Positions 63,584 through 64,000 of a stretch of 64,000 nucleotides of DNA are shown here, one piece after another; within the stretch, counting starts at the first letter, position 1, and each line of letters begins with the position of its first letter. Origin of the DNA: an uncultured Candidatus Saccharibacteria bacterium (GTDB taxonomy: Bacteria; Patescibacteriota; Doudnabacteria; UBA920). The stretch spans positions 1,327 through 65,326 of the forward strand of contig CAZTCH010000007.1 of NCBI GenBank assembly GCA_964612745.1, in the 5' to 3' direction. Position numbers and translations under genes: made by a program. The notes beneath the pieces were generated by a model. It was not told where the DNA came from. It saw only the letters and a list, made by a program, of their open reading frames with translations, and made no database searches.

Positions 63584-63658
63584 CCCTTTGTAGCTCAATG
63601 GATAGAGCAGCTCCGTCCTAAGGAGACGATGGGGGTTCGATTCCCTCCAAGGGGACCA
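63584..63658 (+). tRNA. tRNA-Arg (anticodon CCU)
   Basis: The acceptor is CCCUUUG/CAAGGGG with a U4-G69 wobble. D-stem GCUC/GAGC. The anticodon loop is GUCCUAA and the T-arm is GGGGG-UUCGAUU-CCCUC. CCA is encoded. Confidence 0.75.
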
Positions 63659-63840
63659 GTGGTGCCGGATAAAATTCCTGGTGAGGAGACCAGTGATTTA
63701 GTGTGAAGTAGATTATCGGTTTAGAAGAATATGGCACGCTGGATGCTTGCTCTGAGCTCGGTGCTACTGCACTTTAGAGAGGCGAGGGTGAGTTGTGTCT
63801 TAGTATTTGCTATTATGTACTTAGAGTAATAACACAAACA

Positions 63841-64000
63841 CATGACTGACACAGAACTAAAAAATTATTTAGAAGAGATTTCGGAGAGTACCCAAGTAAT
63901 TGCAAAAGGGTTGCCATGGTGGAGGGTTTTCTTAAACGGGGTTCTTGGTGGCTTTGGGTACGTACTTGGTTTTGTTTTTGCAGTTGCATTACTCGGTGTT
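63841..64000 (+). CDS. Hypothetical membrane protein, partial (continues past the window end)
   Basis: The ATG at 63841 gives MTDTELKNYLEEISESTQVIAKGLPWWRVFLNGVLGGFGYVLGFVFAVALLGV... and the frame is open to position 64000. Confidence 0.35.

Noticed and set aside
1-64000. Alternative genetic code (UGA recoding, as in some CPR lineages)
   Set aside because: The long housekeeping ORFs (gyrA 821 aa, PBP 939 aa, infB, dnaA) are intact with standard stops, and a tRNA-Leu, not a suppressor tRNA, is all that is seen. Code 11 fits.

Overview
This 64-kb window is low-GC (about 40-45%) with one roughly 1.2-kb GC-rich gene. It encodes bacterial housekeeping genes, including a partial polA, an orphan pilB, tsaE and ruvB. 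It also carries the replication-origin neighbourhood recF-dnaN-dnaA, with DnaA-box clusters on both sides of dnaA. Further along are the rpmH-rnpA-yidD-yidC-jag block, a class A PBP, tyrS, ruvC, yebC, rsmI, gyrA, rpsA, infB-rbfA, bactofilin and rlmH. Many proteins carry signal peptides, there are two TrmB-type regulators and a 2120-aa Gly/Thr/Ser-rich surface protein. The gene content and standard-code long ORFs fit a small-genome, CPR/Patescibacteria-like (possibly Saccharibacteria-like) bacterium; this is inference, not a database result. Three accessory regions stand out. (1) Positions 25.6-33.8 kb hold a minus-strand cluster of signal-peptide surface proteins. It contains three DUF916/DUF3324-like anchored paralogs, two Thr-rich proteins with a WxL-like C-terminus in which Trp is replaced by Tyr, and an adjacent cohesin-like/dockerin pair. 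(2) Positions 52.6-57.2 kb form an RNA-gene island with tRNA-Cys, Leu(UAA), Gly, Phe, Val and Leu(GAG). The island also holds a free-standing double-motif LAGLIDADG endonuclease gene abutting tRNA-Cys, a ParB-like nuclease cassette flanked by about 50-nt direct repeats that end in tRNA-Gly 3'-end mimics, and degenerate tRNA-Gly 3' fragments. Within it, a roughly 640-nt tandem array of hairpin-rich units has covarying stems and invariant loops, and its last 17 nt are identical to the 3' end of tRNA-Leu(GAG). (3) A single high-GC LysM membrane-protein gene at 51.1-52.3 kb looks horizontally acquired. tRNA-Ile(UAU), Ala(CGC) and Arg(CCU) are also present. No rRNA, CRISPR array or recognisable transposase was seen.
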